Positions 42,540-51,952 of a DNA stretch of 64,000 bases are shown here, piece after piece. Under the pieces are notes generated by a model. The model worked only from the letters and a program-made list of their open reading frames with translations. It was not told the DNA's origin and did no database searches. The translations under genes and the position numbers were made by a program. How positions within the stretch are numbered: the stretch's first letter is position 1; every line of letters begins with the position of its first letter. The stretch is from positions 1 through 64,000 of IMG/VR virus record IMGVR_UViG_3300037423_000411; one strand, written 5' to 3'. This stretch comes from a virus.

Positions 42540-43502
42540 CTACTTGATCGTCTGTTGACACAACGGACATGTTCCTGCCTCCTTCAGTGTCTCGTGTAGT
42601 TCCTGTTCGGCTTCCTGAATGTGGATCTCCAGGTCGTTGATCTCTCGTTCCTTCTCAGCCCTGAAAGCAACCTGTGCGTTGTACCGCTTCGCCCAGGACT
42701 CAACTTCGTTGATCTTGGCCTCGACCTCTTCAAGGTCTTGCATGTCCCCCGCAACCGACTTGAGGAGACTGGTCAGCTCATCGGCCTTGGCCTGAGCACT
42801 GACGATGAGACGCTGTGCGCTCGTGTAACGGCCTGAGAGGTCTTCAAGCTGAGTGATACGTGAGGAGGCGTCAATGGCCGCAGAAAGCAGCTCTCGTGCC
42901 TCCTCGACAGCCTTCTTGCGTGTGCCGAGATCGGCATACTCGGTCTTCACGCGAGTCACTGCCGCATCAGCGTCCTTGCGCCTGATACCTGCGAGCTTCA
43001 GCATCTCCTGTCGGCGCCTGTTGGCCTCTCTGGCGGCCTCGGCAAGCATGCTGACGTTGGTGAGATCGCCCAGCACCTTCGCGGTAGCTGAGCCTGTCTC
43101 TGCCAGCAACCAAGGGCTGTCGAACTGCGTGCTGAAGAACAGGTCAGGATCGCCCTCAGGCGTCTTCAAGACCTTCTGCACATCGGCAGGGACTGTGGTG
43201 CCGCACTTCGCGTACAGCTCACTGTGCCCGTGCTCGTTGACCAGCTTGTAAGAGCTGACACCCTTCCCACGCTCCAGCTCTACCGCTGTGCCGTCGCTGT
43301 ACGTCAGTCTGAGCTTGGCTGAGGTCTTTCCTTTGCTCACGTACCCAGGACTGATGCTGTTACGTGAGACGGCCTTCAGTGCCCTACCGAACGCGCTCTT
43401 GCCTGAGTTGGAGTGCCCAACGACCACAGTCAACTTGCCCAACGGGATCTTCACGTCGTACAAGGACTGGAAGCTCTCTACCGCAAGCTCGCTGATGGTC
43501 AT
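42540..43502 (-). CDS. Rad50/SbcC-like ATPase, N-terminal half ending in a Zn hook
   Basis: VESFQS, Walker A VVGHSNSGKS, Q-loop STQFD, coiled coil, terminal CPLC. Confidence 0.85.
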   Translation of the reverse strand: MTISELAVESFQSLYDVKIPLGKLTVVVGHSNSGKSAFGRALKAVSRNSISPGYVSKGKTSAKLRLTYSDGTAVELERGKGVSSYKLVNEHGHSELYAKCGTTVPADVQKVLKTPEGDPDLFFSTQFDSPWLLAETGSATAKVLGDLTNVSMLAEAAREANRRRQEMLKLAGIRRKDADAAVTRVKTEYADLGTRKKAVEEARELLSAAIDASSRITQLEDLSGRYTSAQRLIVSAQAKADELTSLLKSVAGDMQDLEEVEAKINEVESWAKRYNAQVAFRAEKEREINDLEIHIQEAEQELHETLKEAGTCPLCQQTIK

Positions 43503-43507
43503 GCTTT

Positions 43508-43515
43508 ACGTACGG
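43508..43515 (-). promoter_or_regulatory. class II promoter -10 element CCGTACGT (representative)
   Basis: Copies at 7988, 11643, 16314, 24205, 40770, 43508, 57064, 59938; four lie 5-6 nt before an ATG. Confidence 0.7.
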
Positions 43516-43731
43516 ACTTCGAGCCTCAAATCGGCAGACAGTCCCAGTGCACGTACCCCTGCCACTTCTCATGGCGAGTGATCAGCTCACCTTCTTTGAC
43601 AGGGTGATCCCCTGCGTCACACCACGAATCGAACGGTGACGGGAACACCTCACGCCGGTGCCTCGGATGCATGTCATCGATGATGAGCAGATTGATCTTC
43701 TGGCCGTCCATGTTTCTGCCTCCTGAAATGA

Positions 43732-43793
43732 GTGTGAGGTCAGCTTCGGGACTTTATGGGTTTCGTTCCCTTGTCTGGAAGCTGACCTCACAC
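43732..43793 (-). ncRNA. single TIGR-like unit
   Basis: 16-bp perfect stem around CCA-GACAAGGGAA-CG-AAAC-CCA-TAAAGTCC-CG. Confidence 0.8.
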
Positions 43794-43797
43794 GGTG

Positions 43798-43971
43798 TTA
43801 CGGCACCCTACGACGAACCCACGGACTCGGCCAGACGACACCGAGCAGGTAGGACAGAGCCAGGAAGAACAACCCAGCACCGAGCAGGTTGAAGTGCGTC
43901 GAGACGTCCACTCCAAACGTGTAGAGGAAGAAACACACAGCCGCGAGGACTGCGGAAACCACGCCTGCCAT
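43798..43971 (-). CDS. small two-TM membrane protein
   Basis: 57-aa MAGVVSAVLAAVCFFLYTFG...LGAGLFFLALSYLLGVVW, below the ORF track cutoff. Confidence 0.55.
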   Translation of the reverse strand: MAGVVSAVLAAVCFFLYTFGVDVSTHFNLLGAGLFFLALSYLLGVVWPSPWVRRRVP

Positions 43972-45064
43972 GATTACCGCTTGGTCGGGGCAAACGACGG
44001 GAAGCTCTCGCCGCCTACCTCAGGGTTGGCGTCACGGAAGACGTAGCCGAGACCGTCCTCACCGCGTGCATCGATCAGCGCCTGCGCGTCTTCCTGAGCC
44101 TGCTTGGCCGCAGCTTCCGCGCCGTTGTCGGGGGTAGCCGTGGTGCCGTCCTGCACAGCAGCCTGCTCGGCCTGAGCTTCGGTCACGACTCCCTGATCGG
44201 TGGTCTCGGCCGTGCGAGTACCGGTCTGGTCAGCTTCGACCGTAGGTACGTCAGGTGCAGCAGGCGCCGAGTACGCCGGTTCCGCGTTGTCACGTGCCAT
44301 CTCAAAATCTCCTTGGTCTTCGACCATGACGGTGCGCCATGCTCTCACTGGATCGGCCCCTACTTGCTATGTATGGATCGCCCGTTTTCCTGTTCCCACG
44401 CCTTAAAACGACGCTTGTCGTGTAGAAAATTCTCCACGAACCGGGTACCGAGGCAACACCATTGACCAGCTTTCGCCCGGCAGGAAGGGCAGTCGACCTT
44501 CAAGGCAGGCTGATGCTCCAGTGTCCTCATCTTCACGAGCGCCTGCTCTGCCCACCGTGGCGGATCGATCAGAAAGGCCTTCCGCTTGCTCGACCACTCG
44601 ATGTTCAAGACAGTCTGCCGCTTCGCTGCCATCTCGCTGAGATCTGCAACCTCACGAGGCTTCAGCTCGATAGGATCGCCCTTCTTCACTTCTGCACCGT
44701 GTTCCGTATCGCCGCCACTCGTGCACTCCGTGTCTTCGTCTTACCGTTGTCACGCGGCATGTCCCGGTACTTCTCAGCCCAAGCCTCGAACCGTGTGCGC
44801 TCACCTTCGTGTTCCTCGATCGCCTGAACCAGGTGCAGAGGACAGTAGTTGCCGGACATCGCATCGATGATGAGCATGGAACGCGTACTGGCGGCCTTGA
44901 GTGCGAACTTCGCACGCTTCCCGCACCGGTAGGCATCCGCCTTCCTCGGGTCGCCTCGATCGGCCTTCTTCACCCAGCCTTTCTGAGCACAGCACTGCAC
45001 ATCACCCGTGACCTCTTTGACCCAAGGACTGGCGAGAATCATCTCCCGCCAGTCCTTGTACTCG

Positions 45065-45847
45065 TCACTTGACTGTCTGACCATCCGGCTCGTCCTTCAC
45101 TCCGTGCAAGCGCCGGGATTCCTTCCACAGGCCCTTGAGCATTTCCTTGGACATCACCCGCAACGCGTCCGCGTGCCGGTGCCCATCGTTCCACGGTGAG
45201 CCTGGCTGTGCGGGCTTGCCTGACGGCCCGCAACGCACGCAGGGGTTCACATGCAACTTGCCCTCGGTGTGTGCCTTGCGCTTGTCGTACACCTCACGAT
45301 TGCCGGAACGAAGCATGCTCTCGGCAATCAGATAGGCCCGCGTCTTCGCGGTGGTCGACCAGTTGGCCTTCACACCCTTCTTGCGTCGCATCGCGTTGCC
45401 TTCGGCGTCCACGTGCAAACCGCAGTAGGCCCACAGCTGCGAGACCGTGCGCGGCTGACCGGTGTTGCCGTTGATGTACGGGTCACCGATGACACCGAGC
45501 AGACGCGCGGCCTGCTTGTCGCCCAGGCCTTTGATGCTCTTCACGTACGGGCCGAGCTTGTCGTTCTTCATGCGCTTGGTGAGCTGCTTGATCGCGGAGT
45601 CTTCCAGCTCCTTGAGCCCGTCGACCATCTGCGTCATGTTGCGCACGTCAGGGTGATCTGCGGTCAATCCGAACCCACGCTCTTCACCGTCCGAGTCGAC
45701 GGCGGTACGCGTGAGCTGCCGCAACCGGTTCTCGTTGGCGAGCCGCAGCCCCTCGATGTCATCCAGGATGATGGACGACAGTGCCAGGAAGGGATCTGCG
45801 AACGTCGCGAATGCTACTTCCTGTGCTGCATCGACAGTGTCTGTCAT
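45065..45847 (-). CDS. TasA-like Nop-domain (IS110 C-terminal-like) RNA-binding protein, no nuclease domain
   Basis: 260 aa; coiled coil, SIKGLGDKQAARLL, SQLWAYCGL, RRKKG...WS, YDKRK, HRHADALRVMSKEMLKGLW; no RuvC/DEDD or HNH; adjacent CCA/YG stem-loop array. Confidence 0.85.
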   Translation of the reverse strand: MTDTVDAAQEVAFATFADPFLALSSIILDDIEGLRLANENRLRQLTRTAVDSDGEERGFGLTADHPDVRNMTQMVDGLKELEDSAIKQLTKRMKNDKLGPYVKSIKGLGDKQAARLLGVIGDPYINGNTGQPRTVSQLWAYCGLHVDAEGNAMRRKKGVKANWSTTAKTRAYLIAESMLRSGNREVYDKRKAHTEGKLHVNPCVRCGPSGKPAQPGSPWNDGHRHADALRVMSKEMLKGLWKESRRLHGVKDEPDGQTVK

Positions 45848-45872
45848 TTGGGTGTGCCTCCTTCTTTGGTTG

Positions 45873-46089
45873 CCCTGAGCGCGGCGAAACCTGGGTATCA
45901 ATATCCTTTGGCTCAGGGAAGATTGTTGCCCAAGGCGATGAACTTTGAGTGCTGTGGGGAATTTGGCCTCGGGAGTTCTGGACTCAGCAGCGTGCACTCG
46001 ATGGGTGAGAGCAGATGTGTTGGCCGCTGAGAAGTTTGAGCGGGGCAGCTGACGAATACTCTTGGGCGATCCTCGGTTCCTGGTCAGCT
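45873..46089 (-). ncRNA. TIGR-like stem-loop array, 4 units, directly upstream of the tasA-like gene
   Basis: 45873-45918, 45929-45973, 45983-46031, 46047-46089. Confidence 0.88.
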
Positions 46090-46094
46090 CAGAA

Positions 46095-46649
46095 TCAGGC
46101 AGCCGTTCCGAGCACCTTCAGGTGCACCTCGATCGGCAACTCTCCGAAGGTCTTCACGTCGTACTCGGTGAGCAGAGCCGCGTAGCCGTGGAACCGAGCC
46201 GCCCACGCCTTGTTGGCCTCGGCAAGCTTCTCGCGCTGCTTCGCCGCGTGCATGAGATCGTCGTACGTGCAGTCCTTGAGGAACTTGTAGTCACCCTGAC
46301 CGATGCTGATGCGATCACGCAGATGCTGCTGCCAGCCGTCACGAATCGCAGCGACCTTGGTGCTCGTGGTCGTGGACTTGATCCCACCAGCGTGCTTGCT
46401 GTTCACGATCTTCGGGAAAGCCGACGCCGGGGGCATGTTGGAACGCGTCCGCGTCGTGCCCAGGTAGTGCCGGACGTAGTCGATCAGCAGCACTTCGAGC
46501 ACCTCGTGATAACGCGCCTTCGGGATACGTTTCAGTATCTCCTGCATGATCTCGTGAACATCGGTGAGATCGGTGTTGTTCAGGATGTCCGTCAGGATTC
46601 CCCTGAGCGTGAGCGTCGACATCAGTTCCTCCTGCAGTTGTGCCACCAT
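46095..46649 (-). CDS. hypothetical protein embedded in the TIGR-like locus
   Basis: 184 aa, AGGAGG RBS, TIGR-like units on both sides. Confidence 0.75.
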   Translation of the reverse strand: MVAQLQEELMSTLTLRGILTDILNNTDLTDVHEIMQEILKRIPKARYHEVLEVLLIDYVRHYLGTTRTRSNMPPASAFPKIVNSKHAGGIKSTTTSTKVAAIRDGWQQHLRDRISIGQGDYKFLKDCTYDDLMHAAKQREKLAEANKAWAARFHGYAALLTEYDVKTFGELPIEVHLKVLGTAA

Positions 46650-46677
46650 TTCGTTTACCTCCTACAACGTTTTAATT

Positions 46678-46726
46678 CCCGACAACAAAGGTCGTATGGG
46701 TAACCGAGAGGAGCTTGGTCGCCGGG
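46678..46726 (-). ncRNA. single TIGR-like unit
   Basis: CCCGGCGA-CCA-AGCTCCTCT-CG-GTTAC-CCA-TACGACCTT-TG-TTGTCGGG. Confidence 0.8.
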
Positions 46727-47258
46727 AAACCCCTGGTCATGCTTCCTGAGTGTTCGTCCAGCCTGCGTAAGTCACTTCAGCCTCGTAACCACAGTTGACG
46801 CACGTGTGTGTGGTCTCCGGTGCCTCAGTAAGGTCTTCGGCCTCGTACACACCCTCAGGAGCGACGAACTCGACCTCTTGTGTGGTCTTGCACATGGCAC
46901 AGTCCACGAGCTGTGAGAGCCGCAGAGGCTCCTGGTCTCGGTCTTCAGGGTCTTCGTCCACACGTGCCATGAGATCTAACGTTCCTCGCCGGTAGTAGTC
47001 ACTGAATTCTGGCGTCTTCATCAGGCTCGCCTGCCGGGTTGTAGAGCACCCAACCAACCTGCATCGCCGCAGAGATCATGCGATCTACGATCTCTTCACA
47101 CATGTCCATCCGCTCACCCACGAACTCGTTGCTGTCGCCGTACTGGTCCTCAAAGAGAGACTCGGCCATCGCCTTGCGTGCAGGATGATGGCGTACGGCA
47201 CACAGCTGGCAGCCTTCCGGGCTGCCGTACTCCTCAGGGTCGTGCAAGCAGTCGACGT

Positions 47259-48155
47259 TCACTTGGTGGTCTTCTTCTCGTCGTCCACAACAACCACTTT
47301 GGTCACGATGCCGTCCTTGACCAACATCTTCTCCTTCGCGGGAGACCAGTCAGGCTCCTTCTTCTGGCGTTCCTTGACCGCGAACGTCGACCACGCCCGA
47401 ACATGTCCCTTGTAGGTACACGGCCAGACCGTGCCGTCTTCCAGCACGAAGACACGATCGCCCTCTGCACCCGCAGGAGACGCCGACTTGATCGGAGCGG
47501 ACAGACCTGCAGGCCAGTCCCCTGTGATCAGCTGCTGAGCCGTGTAGTAGCTGTTGGACGACAGTGACGTCTGTCCAGGCTCGGTCTCGGACTGGTAGTA
47601 GGTGCTTCCGCTCCAGGAAGAGCCGACAGGCTTGGTCGCGAGCTGTGTGCTCTGCTCTTCGAGTGGCTGCAGGTAGCCCAGCGCCATCAACAGACAAGCC
47701 AGCGACGGCCGGTACTTCTTTTCCAGCCGCTTCCGCGTGTACTCAGGCAGGTCAGCCAGACGGTCTGGACGGAGATTGTGCAACAGATCGGCGGCCTTGA
47801 CGCGCATAGCGCCCTCGCCTGCCGCGATGACGCGCTTGAGGTACTTGGTCTGCTCCTCCTGAGGGTTCTTGGTGACGGCCCACACGATACGTACCACCGA
47901 AGCAGGGAAACCTTCGTCCAGCAGCGTCTTGAAGGTCACCTTCGGGACGTCTTCGACCACATCGTGCAGGAACGCTGCCGCGATCTCTTCGATCGAGCCT
48001 CCCAGCAGTCGTACGCCCTGCGAGACTGACACCAGATGATTGAGATACGGCTGCTTGAGCTTGTCCGTCTGACCCTTGTGATGCTCGGCGGCGAACTCAC
48101 GAGCATGCGCGACCAGCGTCAAGCGCCCGATATCAAGAGTCGCTTCAGAGGTCAT
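47259..48155 (-). CDS. HD-domain (p)ppGpp hydrolase-like protein (Mesh1/SpoT-HD) with C-terminal extension
   Basis: FAAEHHKGQ, PYLNHL, AFLHDVVED, VKAADLLHN. Confidence 0.85.
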   Translation of the reverse strand: MTSEATLDIGRLTLVAHAREFAAEHHKGQTDKLKQPYLNHLVSVSQGVRLLGGSIEEIAAAFLHDVVEDVPKVTFKTLLDEGFPASVVRIVWAVTKNPQEEQTKYLKRVIAAGEGAMRVKAADLLHNLRPDRLADLPEYTRKRLEKKYRPSLACLLMALGYLQPLEEQSTQLATKPVGSSWSGSTYYQSETEPGQTSLSSNSYYTAQQLITGDWPAGLSAPIKSASPAGAEGDRVFVLEDGTVWPCTYKGHVRAWSTFAVKERQKKEPDWSPAKEKMLVKDGIVTKVVVVDDEKKTTK

Positions 48156-48993
48156 CGTCCGTGACCTCCCAGCAGGTAGGGCAGGAACACCAGAATCGCC
48201 GCAGCCTGCATCACAGCGCCTGACGCGAGGTGATGACGCGGTTTGCGGTGCCGTGCGCCCTGAGGCTTGCGATGGCGGCCTGTGGTCTTGAACATGTCTC
48301 CTCCTTCACTTCGCTCGCTGAGCGGATCGGATGGCCTTTTCCTGCTCCTTCAAGAGCATGCGTGCTGCATCCCGTACGACGCGAGCCGCTTCAGGAGAGA
48401 TCTCCACAAGCTCTTGAGCTGTCTTGGTGAGGACACGAATCTCCACCGCACGATCGTGCAGCTCTGAATCCGAGTCCAGGTAGGTAGGGAGCAACGGGTT
48501 CATCACTTCGTCACCCGCACAACCCACGCAGCGCCGAAGGTGCGCACCTCGCATTTGTAGCCGTGAGCGGTCAGGACAGTGGCGTACTTCTCGGCCCACT
48601 TCTTGGTCTCGATATACCGATTCGAGTGACTGAGGGAGCTAGGCCAGTACTGCACCTGCACAGTTCCAGGCACATACTGCTCAGTCTTGAAGCCTGCGGA
48701 GTACTCACGCAAACCCTTGATACGGCTCTTCTTGGCTTCGGAACGCGTCATGCCTGCGCTATTCAGCACTCGGCTGACCTGCGATGCTGTTGCCATCTCA
48801 ACGCACCTCGTAAGCACGGTTGCCAACCCACACGACATAAGGGTGCTTCTTCGTGAAGGCCTTCTTCGAGCCCAAGACCTTCCAGAAAGACCGGCCGTTG
48901 TCTTCAGTGAACCGCAGTCCGAACCACATTTTCCTACCTCCTACGCGCGGTGAGAGATGCGCCTTTCGACACACATACTGCCGTAGAAGGTTG

Positions 48994-49293
48994 TCACCTG
49001 TCAATACCAAGCAAGTTGTCTATCTCGGACCGCTCCACCTTGTGACCCGGCCACGTCGCATGAGTGAGCGGGCTGATGAGCTTGCAGGCGAGCATATGCG
49101 CACAGTCCTCGACCTTGGCAGGGCAGTCACAGTGCCACAATCCGACGCCACCGAACCTGACTACGTACGGGTCCTCGGACGAGCCGTAGACCTCGAACTC
49201 GGCCGTGCCACGCTGCAGGCTGTGGTCAATCACCTTGACCTTGCCTTCGAGAAGATACCTGTGCGCCTTCTCCTCGCGCGTCTCACGGCTCAT
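48994..49293 (-). CDS. SWIM-type Zn-finger protein
   Basis: VYGSSEDPYVV, WHCDCPA...CAHMLA. Confidence 0.7.
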   Translation of the reverse strand: MSRETREEKAHRYLLEGKVKVIDHSLQRGTAEFEVYGSSEDPYVVRFGGVGLWHCDCPAKVEDCAHMLACKLISPLTHATWPGHKVERSEIDNLLGIDR

Positions 49294-49679
49294 CAGGACA
49301 CCTCAGGCACCTTGACGTAGGCGTGCACCATCGTGCCGCCAGGCAGCCTCTCAACGCGTCCGAAGGTAGACGTGATGATGAGGTCCACGCCTTCCCAGAA
49401 CTTCTCCTTCAGCTCCCCGAACTCGGCCAGCTGATCGCCCTCCTGCACCTGCTCGATCGGGAGGTACCTCCACTGCCGCTTCTCAACCACGCCAATGCTG
49501 ACGCTCGGCCTGCTGAACGGCTTGGGCTTGCTCACGCATCCTCCTGCGATGAAACCTGACGAAATCGATGATGGCCCAGACGAACAGGACCACCAGTACG
49601 TACGGAAGAAGCGCCAGAGCCAGTACGCACAGCACACAGACTCCCAGCGCCACCACCATCCACAGGAAGCATCGACAGC

Positions 49680-50240
49680 TCACGACCCTTTGATGCGCTC
49701 CCAGGTGTGAGGGTTCCAGCTGTAACCCGTCGTATCTAGAAGGTCCGCGCTGGCCACCGTGGACAAGATGATGTCCGCGTGATCGAACGCAAGCGGGAGC
49801 TTCACGGCGTCCTTGAGCTTGAACCACCGAGCCTTCACCGCGTCATCGCCCGGCCGAACCGTAGGTGGCTTGCCATCCCACTTCAGCCAGTAGAGATACG
49901 GCAGGGAGATGCAGCGACCGCGCGGGTCACGATCGGGAGCGGACGCGGCCTCCTGAGGCTCCAACTCAATCGGATCAAGCTCCCAATGCGTCTCCTCCAT
50001 CAGCTCACGAGCTGCGGCCTGAGCCGCTGTCTCGGTCTCATCGATAAAGCCACCTGGCAGCGCCCATGAGCTCTTGTACGGCCAGTTCCCGCGCTCGATG
50101 AGCAGGACCTTCCAGTCCTTGCCTGGCTTCCTGTGAAGCGCCACCACGTCCACCGTGACCGTGATGATCGGGAACTTGCTCGGGTCGTACGACTCCAGGA
50201 ACGCCCGCTCCTCCTCTGATTCAGGGATGTACTCGCTCAT
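49680..50240 (-). CDS. Nudix hydrolase (ADP-ribose pyrophosphatase/NrtR-like)
   Basis: WALPGGFIDETETAAQAAARELMEET, PDRDPR, LAFDH. Confidence 0.9.
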   Translation of the reverse strand: MSEYIPESEEERAFLESYDPSKFPIITVTVDVVALHRKPGKDWKVLLIERGNWPYKSSWALPGGFIDETETAAQAAARELMEETHWELDPIELEPQEAASAPDRDPRGRCISLPYLYWLKWDGKPPTVRPGDDAVKARWFKLKDAVKLPLAFDHADIILSTVASADLLDTTGYSWNPHTWERIKGS

Positions 50241-50396
50241 TGCTCCTCCTTCCGGACCTTGAATAGAAAACCATTGGGAAGCGCCACTCGTAGCACGCCT
50301 TTGTTCGTCTGCAAGTCCACCCACTTCTCAGCCTTGCTGACCTTCTTCACGACACCTTCCTGCGGCACAGCGCCAGGGGGTGCCCAGATGTATGCG

Positions 50397-50990
50397 TCAC
50401 CAGGAATCATCGATGAATGTGTACTCCTCTTCTTCCGTCTTAGATGACTTACCAATCACTGTCTTTGCGCCGTGCTTCTTCCAATTACCGAGAGCAGTAA
50501 GTGAGGTTTCTGGCAAACTCATCTTCGCTTCGTGAGCTACAGCAGGGATCGCCCATGCTCCTACTGAGATGACTCCTTCGTACGAATTCATTACACCTTT
50601 AAGGTGTGCTTTGGAGACCAGGACAAGACCTTGAGACGTCGCCTTGTCCGAAAGTATCGAAGTCGCCTTCTTTTCCCAGAGACAGAGAGGCTTCGAATTA
50701 TCAACCGAGACATGGAGATCAATCCATACGGCGGTTGTCTTGATCTCGACTGCGCATTCGCCGTCCTTGAGCTTGTCCACCAGGATCACGCCATTAGGCG
50801 GAATGTTCTCCAGAGGCGCCTCACCTGAGACCACCTCACCGAAGAATATTTCCACCTGCTCTTGGTTACTGAGCACCTTCTCTGCGATGGCCAGTGCGGC
50901 GAACCCTGACATCCCGGTCAGACCGAACTGTTCCGAGATGCTCAGGATGGACTCGGCCAACTTCTCTTTCTTCGCCTTGCTCACGACCAT
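50397..50990 (-). CDS. hypothetical protein
   Basis: 197-aa ORF with an AT-richer C-terminal half. Confidence 0.55.
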   Translation of the reverse strand: MVVSKAKKEKLAESILSISEQFGLTGMSGFAALAIAEKVLSNQEQVEIFFGEVVSGEAPLENIPPNGVILVDKLKDGECAVEIKTTAVWIDLHVSVDNSKPLCLWEKKATSILSDKATSQGLVLVSKAHLKGVMNSYEGVISVGAWAIPAVAHEAKMSLPETSLTALGNWKKHGAKTVIGKSSKTEEEEYTFIDDSW

Positions 50991-51001
50991 GACACAACAC
51001 C

Positions 51002-51628
51002 TCAGCTGAAGGTCAGGAGAAAGTCCACGTTGTGCACAACGGTGTTCATCGTGACCCCGTGCAGCTTCTCCGCTGCCAACTCAGCGCGCCGGGCCATGAG
51101 CAAGGTGCCGAGCCAGTTACGGCCAGGAGAACCCTCCTGGTTCAGCTTGACGCCCCAGGTGTCGTCGTTCCAGAACGTGCCCTCGGTCAGCAGCGCCGTG
51201 CCGGTGTCCAGCAGCCACTGCCCCTCAGGACGCGACAACACGAACTTCGCCCGCAGGACAGCTGCCATCACGTCCAGCTTCACGCCCTCCCAGTCCTGGC
51301 GCAACGCGCACTTCCGACCAAGCCGCTTGGCAACACCCGGCGACTTGGCGCTCACGATATCCTCGAAATCGGACGCCGACACGGCCTTGAACGCTTGGAA
51401 CGCATGCTCACCGGTCTGGAACACGATCGGATCACTCATGTCCTTGACCGTGCCAGCCCACTCCACACCAGGGATGGTCAACGGCTCGCTCACGTAGAAG
51501 TTGGACAGGAAGCGGTAGTGGTTCGTCGGCTCCTTGCCCTCGTCTCCGTGGAAGTCGTCAAACCAGATGATGTGCTCAGGCTTGTTCAGGGTCGCCGGGT
51601 CGAAAGTCTTCGTCTCTTTCTGCGTCAC
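51002..51628 (-). CDS. NADAR-family protein
   Basis: FLSNFY, EHAFQAFK, AKRLGR, WG...GRNWLGTLLM. Confidence 0.88.
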   Translation of the reverse strand: MTQKETKTFDPATLNKPEHIIWFDDFHGDEGKEPTNHYRFLSNFYVSEPLTIPGVEWAGTVKDMSDPIVFQTGEHAFQAFKAVSASDFEDIVSAKSPGVAKRLGRKCALRQDWEGVKLDVMAAVLRAKFVLSRPEGQWLLDTGTALLTEGTFWNDDTWGVKLNQEGSPGRNWLGTLLMARRAELAAEKLHGVTMNTVVHNVDFLLTFS

Positions 51629-51952
51629 TCGTCTCTTCCCTCTCTTTCTTGTATTCATGGATGAACTTCTGCAGGTTGGCGAAATTCTCGGCTGCCGCGT
51701 CCTCTTGGACCTCGACACGAAGCCTCGCATACGCCTTGCTGGACTGGTACAGCAGCCCGAACAGGCCTATGCCTACGAACAGAATCGAGTAGGTCAAACC
51801 GCTGGAGACCAACGCTAAGACCGAACGCGTGTAGTGCCGAAGCGCGAACAGAACCAGTGGCATCGTCGCCACAGCTCCCAAGCAGGTCAGGAGGAAGCCT
51901 CCATACACGCGGCTGTTGATCCGCCGAGCACGCTCTTCGACCTCATCCAGGG

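Noticed and set aside
7999-43793. Treating the dispersed hairpins as ordinary intrinsic terminators
   Set aside because: Their ~30-nt loops with two CCA boxes at fixed spacing, and usually no U-tract, differ from the true terminator-like hairpins at 28158, 28753 and 40779
45065-45847. IS110 transposase / insertion sequence
   Set aside because: No N-terminal DEDD RuvC domain and no SG catalytic motif after AYCGL; the adjacent array fits a Tas locus better
49163-49605. ACGTACGG copies inside coding sequence (also 4303) as class II promoters
   Set aside because: They can be explained by Pro-Tyr-Val codons and have no appropriately spaced start
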